Shown here: in pieces, positions 52,920-64,000 of the stretch
How the letters are laid out: every line of letters begins with the position of its first letter
How positions within the stretch are numbered: the stretch's first letter is position 1
Assembly (NCBI GenBank): GCA_012295275.1
Contig: CM022670.1
Span: 6,200,001 to 6,264,000, forward strand
DNA from: Chrysomallon squamiferum
Lineage: Eukaryota; Animalia; Mollusca
Length of the DNA: 64,000 nt
Direction: 5' to 3'
Made by a program: the position numbers and the translations under genes
The notes under the pieces: generated by a model
Database searches by the model: none
What the model saw: only the letters and a program-made list of their open reading frames with translations
What the model was told of the DNA's origin: nothing

Positions 52920-53500
52920 ATTATACACGTGCTAACAAGGTGGATTTTTCACAGACACTAACGACACCTAGCGCTCATTTTCTTGGCATGCACGAACGAC
53001 CTCACGACATTTTTAAACCACGAAAACCAATAACGGACAGCTAATTAATTATCTGCGTTTTCTCTTTCTGACTTCAGAAACTCATTCAGACAATTATCCT
53101 TATTCAGCCGTCTGCTCGAAAACTGAGCCGCTTCGTTGAGTTTTCTTACGTTTTTTCAAAGCACTCGCTTGACAGCCACGAAAAATGACTCCGACGATCA
53201 GCAGCACGTGGCACGCGACGGGCACGCGCCTGGCAGACGGCCGTTGCTTAGGACACATTATCTTTGATATACATAAACAAGGGGCTTGACAATGATTCGG
53301 CTAAACTGTGCAAAGTATAATTTAAATGGAAAAGAAGTAACAAACACGAGAAAGAAAAGAAATAATGTTGCGGAGAATAACAGGTGGTTACAATAAACAT
53401 TATTATGGTCGTTCGTCTGCTGGGCGCATGCCACCAGTTAACACGGCTTGGATTTCACGCTCGCAGTAGAAGACAGTTTTATAGTCAGATAAGAAAAATC
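52920..53500. promoter_or_regulatory. GC-rich non-coding island with a Hairy/HES-type site cluster
   Basis: GCACGTGGCACGCGACGGGCACGCGCC at 53204-53230. Confidence 0.5.
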
Positions 53501-54062
53501 GTTGTAAAAAGGAATGTGGAGGTAATTTGATGATGAAATTTAAAGCAATAAAACCGCAGATGAAATAATTATGATATTAGTAAAATGAAAGAAGTAAAAT
53601 CGTTTGAAATGGTTTCCATTAAATGACCAACAACAGAATAAATAACAAAAACAGAAACACACACATTTTTCTTTTTTTAAAACCAAAAATAAATGAATAT
53701 GTTACGTTCATATAATATTGAAAATAATTGAAAATATATAAATATAAATGTATATAAATAAATAAATAATAAAACACTTAAGAGAAAGGATTAATAGAAA
53801 AAAGTATTCATAATAAACCTCATTAAACATATTTTTATCTGAATTAATAAATGTCGTTTAATGAATGTTAAATATATTATGTTTATATTTGCTTTTGTTT
53901 TATTAACAAAAAAAAAAACAAAAAAAATCATTTTTATAATTTAAAATTGATATAATATTTTTACATGATTTATTTTTAAAAGGTAATATTCAGTTATAAT
54001 AAAATAATCAAACTGTAAAATATAGATCTACACCTCATTGTATTTTTATAATATAATGTGTG

Positions 54063-54099
<37 letters not shown>

Positions 54100-55664
54100 G
54101 GAAACTAAAGAGAAAACATTAAGAAAATTAAATATCATAAATGATATCATATCTTAAAACATTAACACTACCTTTTGCACAAAATAATTATGAAGTCAAT
54201 TTTACGAGAATATTATTTACAAAATATTTCAGTGTCAACCGATTTTCACCTTGTTTCATTTTAATTTATTATTATTTCTGATAAACAATTTCTATTTTAA
54301 AGTTTATCAGACATTTTATTTTTAAAAATTAATTTTTTGAATCCGTTTTACATTTTTAAAAGTATATATTACTATCCGATTGACTGACTGACTGATATTT
54401 TTAAAAATAGTATTATTATTATTATTTATTTATTTCTATTAGCAAAATAATTTAAATTTTGTAAACTTCTAAATAAATGAAATGTCTACACTCAGTGTTT
54501 TAAAATTCTTGTAAACCTCATCTTTGAAATCCCTGCGCACTTCACTTTTATTAACAGTTAATTAATTTGTGATCGTTAACAAGTTGAAGTGAAATACGTC
54601 TGTGTTTCTAAACTGCTATTGTTCACGTACTGTTATGACCGGCTCGCCAGACCGAGTCGTCACTACGACAGATGTACTAACAGTAAAACAGAGCGGGCGT
54701 GAGACGTCCCCCCTGGCGATCGCCAATTTTGTCACCCGCGCACCTTACATCGGATCTTTTGAACTTGCACAAAATATGTTCAGTTCACACGCACAATGGC
54801 AGTTTTACTCAATTATATTGATTATCATTTTCCTTTCATTTCTTTTCTTGTTCAAAAAATAAATGAAGAGCTATGATTTCTTAATTTGTTTGCTGCTACA
54901 TCGGAATTGTCTAACGTTCAAATTACAAACAATTATTTGTGGATACCTGGATTTACGATTTTTGTTAAACTGATAACGGTACTTCTAATACAATATGTTT
55001 TAAATGACAGACAAATTGCTACTGAAAGGATAATTCTGCAGTTGAAAGAATTAATGAAATCATATTAAGATAATGATGGCAATTAGGAGTATTTTTCTGT
55101 TTTGTTATAGCGTTATTAGAGATAAACTCACTGCCGCTTTTCAGTTAACAGTCTTTTATTTTGTTTTTTTATTGGCTTTCTTTAATATTCAAATGCTGGG
55201 AATCATTAATTTAAATATACATAAAATTATATGTGTTTGTTTTAAAACTTTAAATAATTAAAAAACAAAATTTAAGAAAAGAAATAAATAAAAAAGAGAA
55301 AAGAAATACAGATATGCTGTTATGTACATATATATAAATAATGAAATATGTGTATGAAACATTTGTAATATCTACATAATTTAATTTTTCGTTAAAATTA
55401 TCTCACGTTTTAGTATATTTTTATGTTAAAATATTATATGTCTATATGATTTTTTTAAATTGAAATTAGCTTTTTGTTATTTTTAACTGCCAATATTATT
55501 TATTAAGAATATGGGTCTATCTAGATAAAAAAACATTCACGTGAAGAATGTAATGTGGGTGTGTCTCTAAGATATAAATTTATTTTACTGCTGCTAATCC
55601 AAGATTGCTGATGCAGGTTAGTTTCATTATTAAGTATTGAAGAAAAAAATAATTGATATGAGTC

Positions 55665-55729
55665 ACATTATTTAACAATCATTGCTCTTAATAATTACCT
55701 TTTTAAGAGCAATGATTGTTAAATAATGT
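55665..55729. repeat. Perfect 27-bp hairpin with an 11-nt loop
   Basis: acattatttaacaatcattgctcttaa / ttaagagcaatgattgttaaataatgt. Confidence 0.9.
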
Positions 55730-56946
55730 CAAATGAAAACAAATTAAATGCAAAATAATAATAACTTCTTTCTGTCTGTAATGCTAGAAAACTATATAAA
55801 TTATAAAATCACAAATCATTAAGTCTTTTAAACACACACAGAAAAAACAACACACCTTATTTTCAACCATTACAGTCTTTCAGTGCAAAATAATAATAAT
55901 AAAAAAAAAAACAAGTAAAAAAAAAAATATATATAAAAGAAAAGAAAAAAGAATAAAAGGTAAGAATTAAAACAAAATAAAAATAAAAACTGTCTAATTT
56001 AAAAAAATAAAAATAAAAATAAAAAATAAAAAAGTTAAGAAAAAAAAAAGAAAAGAAAAGAAAGTAAAAGAATAACGCTGTATATTCAACCCCGCTGCCG
56101 TGTTGTGTTGAAACTAAATCCGAGTGTATCATGTGTCTGCTACTTACAACTTTCAATTATTAATAACTCGACAATCACACGACAGTTAACATTCCTAGAA
56201 TTTCTTTGTTCAAGTTTACCAAGTACACACTGTTTAATTCTTCACCGAACTTCATACTCAATATTCTTTATACTCACTCCATTTTAATAATAATAATACA
56301 AAAATAATAATAAATAAATAAATAAATTTTACAAAAATAATAAAGAAAGAAAATAAAAACAAAAGCAAAATAAAAAAAAAAAATAATAATAATTAATAAA
56401 ATAAAAATAAACACAAAATTTTTATTATTTTCTTTTTCGCAAAACAATAAAAGAGCTATAAAAACCTTTCTCAAAAACAAAACTAACAACATCAAAATAA
56501 AGAGAATAAGAAAAATTATAAGAAAAAACCCTCAAAATAAACAACAATTAAAAAAAAAAAACCAAAAATCACCAACAACAAACAAGGAAACAAACAAAAC
56601 ATTTAAAAAGAAAGTCCTTATGTTTATAGTTACTGTATATTTTATAAGTTAAGCATGTGCATGTTTATTTATTAATCTGAACAGTAGATGACATTTATCT
56701 ATGGTTATGACACCTTTTAAAATTTAATCTGACAACACGTTTTATGAGTTATGTTTTGTAACGCTTTCTTTGATTGGCTAAGCCACTATCGCGACATTTC
56801 AGCAAATCGCAATTTGATATTCAGTGTTATTTTTATACATCCACTCATTAGGGATGGGTAGATCCAAATAATACTAATACTAATACTAATACTACTAATA
56901 ATAAAATAGTTGTAGTAATAACAACAACAACAACAACAGCAGCAGC

Positions 56947-57001
<55 letters not shown>

Positions 57002-57620
57002 GTAATAGTAATAATAATAAGAAGAACAACACAACAAAAATAGTAATAGTGCGGTAGTAATTGTTGTAGTAGTAATGGTAGTAATAATATAGTTGTCGTT
57101 GTAGTAGTTGTAATGGTAGTAAAACTGGTAGCCGTAGTAGTAGTAGCGATTGCGGAACCGGGTGTGGCGGTGGTCGTAGAATAATAATAATAATGACAAA
57201 AGTATAGTAACTGTAGAAATAAAAATGGCCGTAACTAGACTCTTGAAATGAGACAAAAACACTTAATCGCCGATAAACCAGTTTGATGTCTGATGTCTTT
57301 GAAATCAGTTATGTCTTTCATCGCAGTGATGTCGGTAGACTTCAAACGGTAACCGTAGACATAAACGAATTCATTCAGTGAATATCGTTTCTACTGAAAT
57401 AGAGATTTATATTTTAACTTATTAAAAAAAAAAAAAAAAAAAAGAAGAAGAAAAATCGTCAATTTCGGTATGAGGCATTTGGCCATGAATAGTGGTAGTA
57501 ACACTAATCATAACTGAGGTCATAATAACAGTGATTGTTGTTGTAATAATGGTTGTAATAGAAGTTGGTTGTAGTGGCAGTGGTAGCAGCAGCAACATAA
57601 TTGGTAGTAGCTGTAATAAT

Positions 57621-57695
<75 letters not shown>

Positions 57696-58625
57696 ATAAT
57701 AATAATCATCATCATAATCATAATCATAGTGGTATGTTATTGGTAGAAAAACGTAAATAAATAAGTTCACAAAATAAGAAACATTTCCGTATTTCGTTAT
57801 CATTCTGAACCGTTATGACGTTACAAATCTAGGATAAAAATCATTGAAGTGTTAAAAGTTTAAAAAATAATCACAATTATTATCTAGTAACTATTTGTAA
57901 ATCTACATTACTTGCAGGGTATTGTTTTGTCGAAAATCTCAAAGGATAGTTCTCAGTGCCACTGATGTGTACAACAATACGTTGCATGGCAGCATGACGT
58001 CATAACAATTAAGACAGTGACACCATTAGTCAGGATATGCAGTCTTGTTACGACATTCATTTTCGTAAGTTTTTAACTATCGAAATATATTTTTGAAAAT
58101 AATTTCAGTGACTAAAAATAAATTATAATTTGTTTTAAATTCTCAGATATTTTTAACCGTTCCATGCAGTTTATTAAAATAAAACAAAACAAATACAAAT
58201 AAAAGAGCATTGACACGCTGATATGAAACACATACGTATACAAAAAAAAATGTACATACACACCAATACATTGATACATATATACATAATCTCATACTAT
58301 TAGAAAACACACACACACACACACATACATAACCGCTAGAAAAATAACAAAACATAAAATACAACAGCAATAAAACTATTTTAATAATAATAAATACTAC
58401 TGTTACTACTACTACTACTGCTACTACTACTATTAATAAATAATATTGATAATAATGACACAAAAATATAAAAATGAAAAAAATAATAGTTTTAAAAAGG
58501 AAAACATATAAAATTAGTATGTTAAATTTAAATCAAATCTTTTCGCTTTAAAGAATTTTATGTTTTTCGAGAATGTTTTCATTGTAAACACTCCTAGTAA
58601 TTTCAGTCACTTGTTATTACTATAT

Positions 58626-58701
<76 letters not shown>

Positions 58702-58984
58702 GCTACTACTACTATTTGTATTATTATTATTATTACTATTTTTATTATTATTGTTACTACTACTAGTATTATTGTTGTTGTTGTTGATGATGATGATGTT
58801 ATAATTATTTATAGTTTTGTTACTGGAATCGTTGTTATAATTATTATTGTTGTTATTATTATAATTATGTAAATTATTTTTCATATTGAAATAGTATGTA
58901 AAACGAGATGGAGATAGAAATATTACGTCGAAGCTAGTATTATTATAATTTATAATGATGTTGCTTTTTTTAAACTGATACATA

Positions 58985-59043
<59 letters not shown>

Positions 59044-59102
59044 TGATGATGAAGAAAAATTAACAAGGAAGGAGAAAAAAAACAAATGTATAAGGAAAGA
59101 AA

Positions 59103-59137
<35 letters not shown>

Positions 59138-59473
59138 CCGACAACATGAAACACTAAAACATTTGATTATTCAAAATAATTTTCATTAGGTTCAGTCGAC
59201 ACTTTCTCATTGTGTTGGAAGAATGGTAATTTGAATTTCATTAACATTATTCATGTAAACTATTTATGTGTGAAAATATTTCAACCTTGATTTAAATTAT
59301 TTACAAAGTCAAAACGAAACGTTTGCTAATCAGGTAGGTAATTACCTGTGAAATATGAAGTAAAAACTTAATTAAGCATTCAATGTTATTTAATACTGTA
59401 CTAATTAACATTCGATATAGATGAAGTCAAATAAATAACACGTTTATAAAGTGAATTTATTTTTAAAAAAGCG

Positions 59474-59519
<46 letters not shown>

Positions 59520-59635
59520 AAAAATAAAAAAAAAAAAAAAAAAAAAAAAACATACAGTAAAATCTAAGAATATAAAATAACTTCCTTGTTACTGCATGAA
59601 GTTTGCAAAAAAAAAAAAAAAATAAGAGGGTAGTA

Positions 59636-59669
<34 letters not shown>

Positions 59670-60178
59670 TAATAATAAATAATACTAACAAAAAGAAACC
59701 GATATGTATATATATAAATAAACAATAAAAAAAGCCGCCAAAAAATATTTCATCTAAAATAACAAAAAAGAATAACAAAAAGAAACTTACACTGAAAACA
59801 AAAACCGACGACGATGACAACAACAACAGCTGTTACTGCAGTTATTTCTAGTACACCACACACAACAACGGCTACTACTACTGTTGCTATTAAAACAACA
59901 AAAGCCATCACTACAGTCACATCAACTGCAACTATTACGAAAAAAAAAACATTTACTACCACTATAATTAAAATAAATATTACTACTAGTACAACAACAG
60001 TAACTACTACTACTTCTACAATTTATAACAACTACAACTGCTTCTAATATAACAATAACAACACGAAAATAAACTACCCCTACTACTACTACTACTACTA
60101 CTACCACTTCCACTACTGTTATACTGCTACTACTACCACTACTGCTAGTACTATTAGCACTGGCACTACTTCTCTTAT

Positions 60179-60225
<47 letters not shown>

Positions 60226-60676
60226 GGCTCCTATAATGGTAGCAACAACTACAATTATTCCAGATACAACAGCTAATACTACTGATGACAAAATAAACGA
60301 AATAATGAACCATTTATATTTTTTTTTAAATGGAAGAAAAAATAGAAAAAACAATTCACATTGATAAAAATGATTTGTGAAATAATCAGTTTACTGTTCA
60401 GAGATCGAATCGCTGATTAGTTTTTAATAAACTGACAAACACATTTTAAATCATAGGACAACCGCAAACATCAATAAGACAATATTGTTACGCGTTTACC
60501 GTTATCAACAATGTATACTTTTAAATTATGTAACAGCGTATAAAATCACAAGAATGATTTAGAAAGATAACAGAAAAAAGAGCAAGCGAAATATAAATAA
60601 TTATGTGTCTATTATATATATATATATATATATATATCAATAAAAAGGAAGAGAGAAAAAAGATATTAGAAAATAT

Positions 60677-60736
<60 letters not shown>

Positions 60737-61911
60737 CTATAAAATAGCTAATATGTTAATGTTTAAATTTAAATTAATTTGACTAGTATTTTTTAGCTTT
60801 ATTCAAAAACAGTAAAACATTTCTTTCAGGCTTTAGCATTAGTAAGAACATCTGAGTTATCATTCACTTGTTACTTTATTGTTTCGGTGATCATCATTCT
60901 ACGATCACATAAAAGTTTAGTGTTTTGTACGAACAAGCTGCCCACACAAAGACAATAATTGGCTTCAGGTGAGGTATTTCTTTCTTTTTTTTTTTTTTTT
61001 TAGTAACGTTTTACAGGTACGGCAGACATATTGACCATCTGTCAATAAAGGAAAAAAAAAAAAAAAAAAAAAATTAAAATATCATATAAAGATCAAATAT
61101 CGAGTCTTTATCGTGAATCGTTTCTTCTTCTCCTATGCCTCGATATCACTTCCCCCCCTGGGATGTTTTTTACCTGTCCCGCGGCAGTTTACCTGTCTAC
61201 CTGGGCCAGTTGCTTGGGGATCGATCAAGAATGAGTGAATTATTTATGACTGTGGAGATAACTGGGGAAATCAGCCCACAAAGCGATCAATAGCGCACTG
61301 ACATCATTCACTGGGCGTTACTTCTGCCTGCTCCACTAACTTCAGCTTTTCAAAAGATGCAGTCACTTGTATGTAGGTTAGAAAACACTCTGTGGTTAAG
61401 ATTCTATTTTCAGCTCTGATAGATACGTGGATCAAATACCAGGCATAACCGATAATGTCTAAAACAACTACAGTCTGTTTTCTAATTATCTAACATACTA
61501 ACGTAAACAATACTAACAGAGCACACTTGAACAATAAGCTCAAATTAAGTATTAACTGGTTTATCGAAATTTACTTTTCACATAACACTCCCTGTTTCCA
61601 AAGTTACATTTATTAACTGGTTACAGTCAATTTTTTTGTTTCGTGTTTCACAGAAGATAATTAAATCTAAAGTTACCTGTGTCAGTTACGCAGAATTAAT
61701 CTTACATGTTCTAATTGGGTTATATTTTATGTGAAAACTTCGTGTAAGATTTATTTTTGGCATGCAATTTTATGACGGAGGAAAGAATTTGTTTTGTGTA
61801 CATGTCAAACAAATCTTATACGCTCAGTAAGCAAAAATTTACCTTGTTTTAAAGTCAGTTAAAGAATAACCAAAAAATATGCGAGAGAAACAAAGGTAAA
61901 GCGAATAAGAA

Positions 61912-61990
<79 letters not shown>

Positions 61991-62094
61991 TGTGTGTGGG
62001 TGTATAAAGAATGAGAGGGAGAAACCTGTGTGTGTGTGTGTGTGCGTGTGCGTGTGCGTGTGTGTGCGCTTCTGTGTGTGTGTGTGTGTATAAG

Positions 62095-62410
62095 AAATAA
62101 TCACAAGATGAAAAGAAAAAGAAATAACAATAACACGAACAGAAGAATTAACAATATAATGAAAAGAAGAAATAAAAATAAGATGGAAAGAAGAGGAAAT
62201 AACAACAGAATACACAGAAGGAGAAATAAAAACAGGATGAACAGAAGAAGAAATGACAAAAGGATGAACAGAAGAAGAAATGACAAAAGGATGAACAGAA
62301 GAAAAAATAGCAATAAGATGTAAAGAAGGAGAAATAACATTAAGATGAACAGAAGGAGAAATAAGATAAACTGAAGCAGAAATAAGATGGAAAGAAGAAG
62401 ATATAACAAT
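62095..62410. repeat. ~27-bp purine-rich [13 protein letters not shown] (aggatgaacagaagaagaaatgacaaa)
   Basis: Tandem units; generates spurious Arg/Asn-rich and hydrophobic ORFs. Confidence 0.8.
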
Positions 62411-62837
62411 AAGCTGGTTCATTTCAAACAGCTACGAATCTTGGTGGTTTTCTTTTCCTGTTAATTACGAGGCAGGTGGAGAAGGGTATGAATAATTGAG
62501 GGAGGAGCGGGGTGTGTGACAGTCAGAGAGATTCATCGCGTGTCTCTACCTGATGAGAAAATACTTCACATTCAGCGTGCAAAGCAAACACAAATATTTG
62601 TTATCTGATTAAAACAAAACAAAACAAAAAAAAATCTAAATTAACAGAATCAGTTTTTAAAATATACACTGGGATGAAAATGTGGGTTACATGAGTTTTA
62701 TGAGAATCAAAAAAAAAAAAAAAAAAAAAAATTCATCCTTGACTTCAACACGACTATCAATATCATTATGTAACAATCAATATCATCTTTAGTATAAAAA
62801 ATAACTACAAAACCATCATCATTTCAAAATCATTACT

Positions 62838-62960
62838 ATCTTTAACAAAAAACAAACAACATAACTAAGATCATGATTTCACAGTCATTACCATCTTTAA
62901 GATCTTTAACAAAAAACAAACAACATAACTAAGATCATGATTTCAGTCATTACATCTTTA
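62838..62960. repeat. ~64-bp tandem duplication
   Basis: atctttaacaaaaaacaaacaacataactaagatcatgatttca present twice. Confidence 0.85.
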
Positions 62961-63092
62961 AAATCTTAAACTGCAACACAAATATCAAAATACTCTCATC
63001 ATCATTGCCATTCGTTTGCATGTATATGTTTGTATCTATGGTTAATACTTATAAGTAATTTTGTTTTCTGTATAAATGTTGTAATTTGACTG

Positions 63093-63138
<46 letters not shown>

Positions 63139-63864
63139 TATACACACACACATATATAAATAGATAGATAGATAGATAGATGCAGATATATAGATTTATG
63201 TTTTGTATATTTTCTGTACAATAACTCAGTGTCATTAGAATATCTCATGTTCCTTTTTGTCTGGAATTTCACGTTGAAATTCTCTTCATATTATTTATTT
63301 ATTTAATTCCTTAAACGTCGAACGTTTTCAAATATAGATCCTTATGAAAATCTACTAATATTTTCATATTACAGAGATACAAAATAACTTTAATTTTTAT
63401 TATTTTATCTTTATTTTACAAACTAACATAGATATAAATATTGATGTACTAGTGTATAGGAGATATTGATATATTAATGTACAGATATAAATATTGTTGT
63501 GTATATATTCAGTATAAAAAAATACATTAGTGAATATAAATAAATATACTGCTCTGTAGATGTAAATACATATATACTGATGCACAGATATCAGTACTAA
63601 TAATAATAATACTGATCTATACATGTAAATGTGTAGATGTAAAAATACCAATGTATATATATATATAAATATACTGATGTATTGATATAAATATACTGAT
63701 GTATGGATATAAATATGCTGATATGTAGACGTAAATATACAGATGGATATATGTAAATATGTTGGTAATAATATATATAAATGAATGAATGAACGTATAA
63801 ATACTCAGATGTATGTATTTAAATATAACTATGTATATATCTAAACATACAGACGTATAGACAT

Positions 63865-63899
<35 letters not shown>

Positions 63900-64000
63900 A
63901 ACATGCACATGTATGGATAGATATAAATGTATCAGTGAACACAGAAATGTCCAAGCAAAAGTATAGCTCCATTTGATTATTTGAATACTGGCAAGTACTT

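Noticed and set aside
60830-60968. Possible + strand exon bounded by tttcag and cag|gtgagg
   Set aside because: No recognisable peptide and no partner exons; such splice-like words are common
61859-62422. 187-aa hydrophobic repeat ORF and opposite-strand Arg/Asn-rich (protamine-like) ORF
   Set aside because: Both come from a 27-bp [13 protein letters not shown] plus (GA)n/(GT)n tracts, with non-ATG or repeat-derived starts

Overview
AT-rich, microsatellite-dense animal genomic DNA, not prokaryotic. The Pou4 N-terminus is of the protostome type; a lophotrochozoan, probably a mollusc, is my inference. Two protein-coding genes are supported, both on the minus strand. (1) The 5' half of RAD50: I traced 22 coding exons by hand between 9853 and 71, all GT-AG and phase-compatible, totalling 1973 nt (~657 codons). 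The gene runs off the left edge just before the expected zinc-hook region and has a likely 5'UTR exon with an E2F site at ~10.4-10.5 kb. (2) A two-exon class IV POU homeobox gene (Pou4/Brn3/acj6/unc-86 type; 29985..29848 + 29559..28651, 348 aa). The remaining ~50 kb looks like a regulatory gene desert: short GC/CpG-richer islands separated by simple repeats, a decayed LINE 3' end, several [14 protein letters not shown] and three inverted-repeat structures. The most striking signal is cis-regulatory. The high-affinity Hairy/HES site GGCACGCG(A/C)C occurs four times upstream of Pou4, in clusters spaced mostly 10-11 bp apart. There are also COE palindromes, ZEB-type clusters, a possible POU4 autoregulatory site and E-box-rich tandem arrays just downstream of the stop codon. 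All other ORF-track entries appear to be microsatellite artefacts or antisense shadows. All motif-function assignments are inference from sequence alone.
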